Source: a virus | Virus record (IMG/VR): IMGVR_UViG_3300006752_004097 | Span: 5,607 to 69,606 of that record | Direction: 5' to 3' (one strand) | Length of the DNA stretch: 64,000 nucleotides | Shown: in pieces, positions 62,099 to 64,000 of the stretch | Numbering within the stretch: the stretch's first letter is position 1 | How the letters are laid out: each line of letters starts with the position of its first letter | Translations under genes and position numbers: made by a program | The notes under the pieces: model-generated | Databases searched by the model: none | Told to the model about the DNA's origin: nothing | What the model saw: the letters and a program-made list of their open reading frames with translations, nothing else

Positions 62099-62455
62099 AT
62101 GGCATTAGCAAACATATTAATTGACAATACACAAAAAGCAATAGTTACTGTACCAGCAAGTACTCAGTATGCTATCTTAACTTTAGTGGTTTGTAACACA
62201 GCGGCAGAAGACCTAAGTGGAGCAAACGATGCAACTTTTGATTTATACATTGTTCCAGCAGTTGCTAATCCAAGCGGCACAGGATCAATTGCAGTAGGTG
62301 CTCAAACACAGATTGCAAAAAGAGTAAGAGTAGCAGGTTCAGACACATTTACGTTTGACACAGAGAAGATGGTATTAGCCGCTGGTGATAGAATTATATT
62401 AGAAGGACAAGCACCTTATAATCTATCAGCAACAGTAAGTTACTTGGAAGTGTAA
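62099..62455 (+). CDS. Small virion structural protein
   Basis: Beta-rich 118 aa, with ATAAATA (62087-62093) 5 nt upstream. Confidence 0.55.
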   Translation: MALANILIDNTQKAIVTVPASTQYAILTLVVCNTAAEDLSGANDATFDLYIVPAVANPSGTGSIAVGAQTQIAKRVRVAGSDTFTFDTEKMVLAAGDRIILEGQAPYNLSATVSYLEV

Positions 62456-62982
62456 TGAAATTTCTTAAAGCACAAACAACTAATAATAGAGGAATCGACA
62501 GAGGTGTTGGTATTTTTTATAATACTGATCAAACTGTTGATATCAGATCCAAAAGTGCTTTGAAAGTTCCAGTAGGTGCAGACGCAGATCGTCCAGCATA
62601 TCCAGCATTAGGTCAAATGAGATTTAACACTACAAACAACAGTGTTGAATTTTATGATAATGGTGTTTGGAAAGAGATTAGACTTAAAGAACCAACACCA
62701 ATTACACAACAAAGTTTAGGCACAGGAGACGGTACTGAAACTGTGTTTGGGCCTCTTAACGCTAACGACACGTCTTATCCAGTACCAGCAACAGCACAGA
62801 GTGCATTAGTAATTGTAGAAAACGTTTTACAGTTATCCGTAACAAACTACACATTAGAACAAAGTTCAAGTGGTAACCTTGCAGGACCAAATGCACCTTA
62901 TGCAGACGGTTATTACATCAAATTCCTTTCAGCAGTACCAAACGGCAAAGCCGTAACAGTCCTACATAACTTCGACAAGTAA
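62455..62982 (+). CDS. Virion structural protein
   Basis: PVGADADRP..GQMRFNTT..VEFYD fibre-type motif plus a GDGTET Ig-like repeat. Confidence 0.6.
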   Translation: MKFLKAQTTNNRGIDRGVGIFYNTDQTVDIRSKSALKVPVGADADRPAYPALGQMRFNTTNNSVEFYDNGVWKEIRLKEPTPITQQSLGTGDGTETVFGPLNANDTSYPVPATAQSALVIVENVLQLSVTNYTLEQSSSGNLAGPNAPYADGYYIKFLSAVPNGKAVTVLHNFDK

Positions 62983-63013
62983 ATCCAATAAATATAGTTA
63001 AGGAGTATTAACT

Positions 63014-64000
63014 ATGAGCAGTCTTGGAAGAATATCAGGTCCGTTATTAAAGGCCAATCTACAGCGTGAAGCAGATCTTTCAGTAGAAACAGACCTACTG
63101 TACATAGGTCATACTGATGGTAAGATTGGTATTAACACAGTAACAAGGCCAAGGGATCTTACAGTTGACGGTACTTTAAAAGCAAGAAGCACTGGACAAG
63201 ACTTAACAGTAACTAATGATTTAAACATTGGTAACTTTACATTTGGTCCAAACGGTGTAAGTGTTCCATCAGGAAATATTAATATTAATCATGCTGGCGG
63301 AGTTGGCAGTGGTGTTGTAGTTGGCGGTATTAAAACATCTTCAGTTGACATACAAAATAATTACATCGGATCACACACTACAAATGCTGATGTAGATTTT
63401 ATTCCACAAGGCGCAGGTACTAACGAACTTATTACAGCAGGACAAACAGTTGGCGTTGATGGTAACATTCATGCAACAGGTAATATTACATTTGACGGAA
63501 ATGTTTTAATTGGTGGCGATGGTGATGAGGATAATGTTAGATTCTTAGGAGACATTGACAGTGATTTAATTCCAGACGCTACTGGAACTTATAATGTAGG
63601 TACTACTACTAAACGTTTTGACTTACAAACAGAAGATTTTACAGTAACAAATAATATTGGTGTAGAAAATATCACAGTTGCTGGTATTGAAGTTACACTT
63701 TCACAAGGTAACATATGGTATGTTGCTGTTAACGGTGACAATAATAATAGAGGTACTGCACCACAAGGTAGACTTGCAACAATTAAGTATGCGTTGAGTC
63801 GAGCAACAGCAGGAGATACTGTTCTTATTGCGGCTGGCGATTATGAAGAACAATTTCCATTAGAAGTTCCAGCAGGGGTTACAGTAAAAGGACAAGACAT
63901 GCGTAATGTTGAGATACGTCCGACCACTGATAATCAAAGCGAAGACTGTTTCTTACTAAATGGAGAAAGCACTGTTGAAGATTTAACAGTTAAAAACTTC
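63014..64000 (+). CDS. Partial fibre/spike protein with the onset of a beta-helix (pectate-lyase-like) domain
   Basis: Manual translation MSSLGRISGPLLKANL...WYVAVNGDNNNRG..TIKYAL..AGDTVLIAAGDYEE. ATAAATA at 62988-62994 and an AAGGAG SD. Open to the window end. Confidence 0.75.
   Translation, partial: MSSLGRISGPLLKANLQREADLSVETDLLYIGHTDGKIGINTVTRPRDLTVDGTLKARSTGQDLTVTNDLNIGNFTFGPNGVSVPSGNININHAGGVGSGVVVGGIKTSSVDIQNNYIGSHTTNADVDFIPQGAGTNELITAGQTVGVDGNIHATGNITFDGNVLIGGDGDEDNVRFLGDIDSDLIPDATGTYNVGTTTKRFDLQTEDFTVTNNIGVENITVAGIEVTLSQGNIWYVAVNGDNNNRGTAPQGRLATIKYALSRATAGDTVLIAAGDYEEQFPLEVPAGVTVKGQDMRNVEIRPTTDNQSEDCFLLNGESTVEDLTVKNF

Noticed and set aside
1-64000. Stop-codon reassignment, tRNA genes, inteins, diversity-generating retroelement
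   Set aside because: Genes are intact in the standard code and TAG, TGA and TAA all act as stops. I saw no tRNA cloverleaf, intein motif or reverse transcriptase by eye.

Overview
A 64 kb AT-rich segment of a large T4-related myovirus genome, read in the standard code. The host cannot be determined from this window. From left to right it contains: (1) 1-9.2 kb, a glycan and small-molecule modification island with a UDP-sugar dehydrogenase, a short DegT-type aminotransferase, an amidinotransferase, a 2OG-Fe(II) oxygenase, a radical SAM enzyme and several glycosyltransferase-like proteins; (2) 9.2-41 kb, a minus-strand baseplate and fibre operon with three paralogous fibres, a 4954-aa wedge-like protein and gp6/gp25/gp5/gp53-like genes; (3) gp55, gp47 and gp46 driven by near-consensus sigma70 promoters, then a small GIY-YIG nuclease followed by about 480 nt of densely self-complementary non-coding sequence; (4) putative internal head proteins, a gp26-like chaperone with an apparent -1 frameshift extension, tape measure, portal, scaffold, protease and major capsid genes; (5) a stand-alone structured RNA of about 240 nt and further virion genes. 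The strongest candidates for something undescribed are the GIY-YIG gene plus ornate non-coding element (44982-45890), the RNA after the capsid gene, the -1 frameshift, a systematic leaderless late-promoter architecture and a possible guanidino-sugar virion-glycosylation pathway. All homology calls come from recognised motifs and synteny. No database search or folding program was run.
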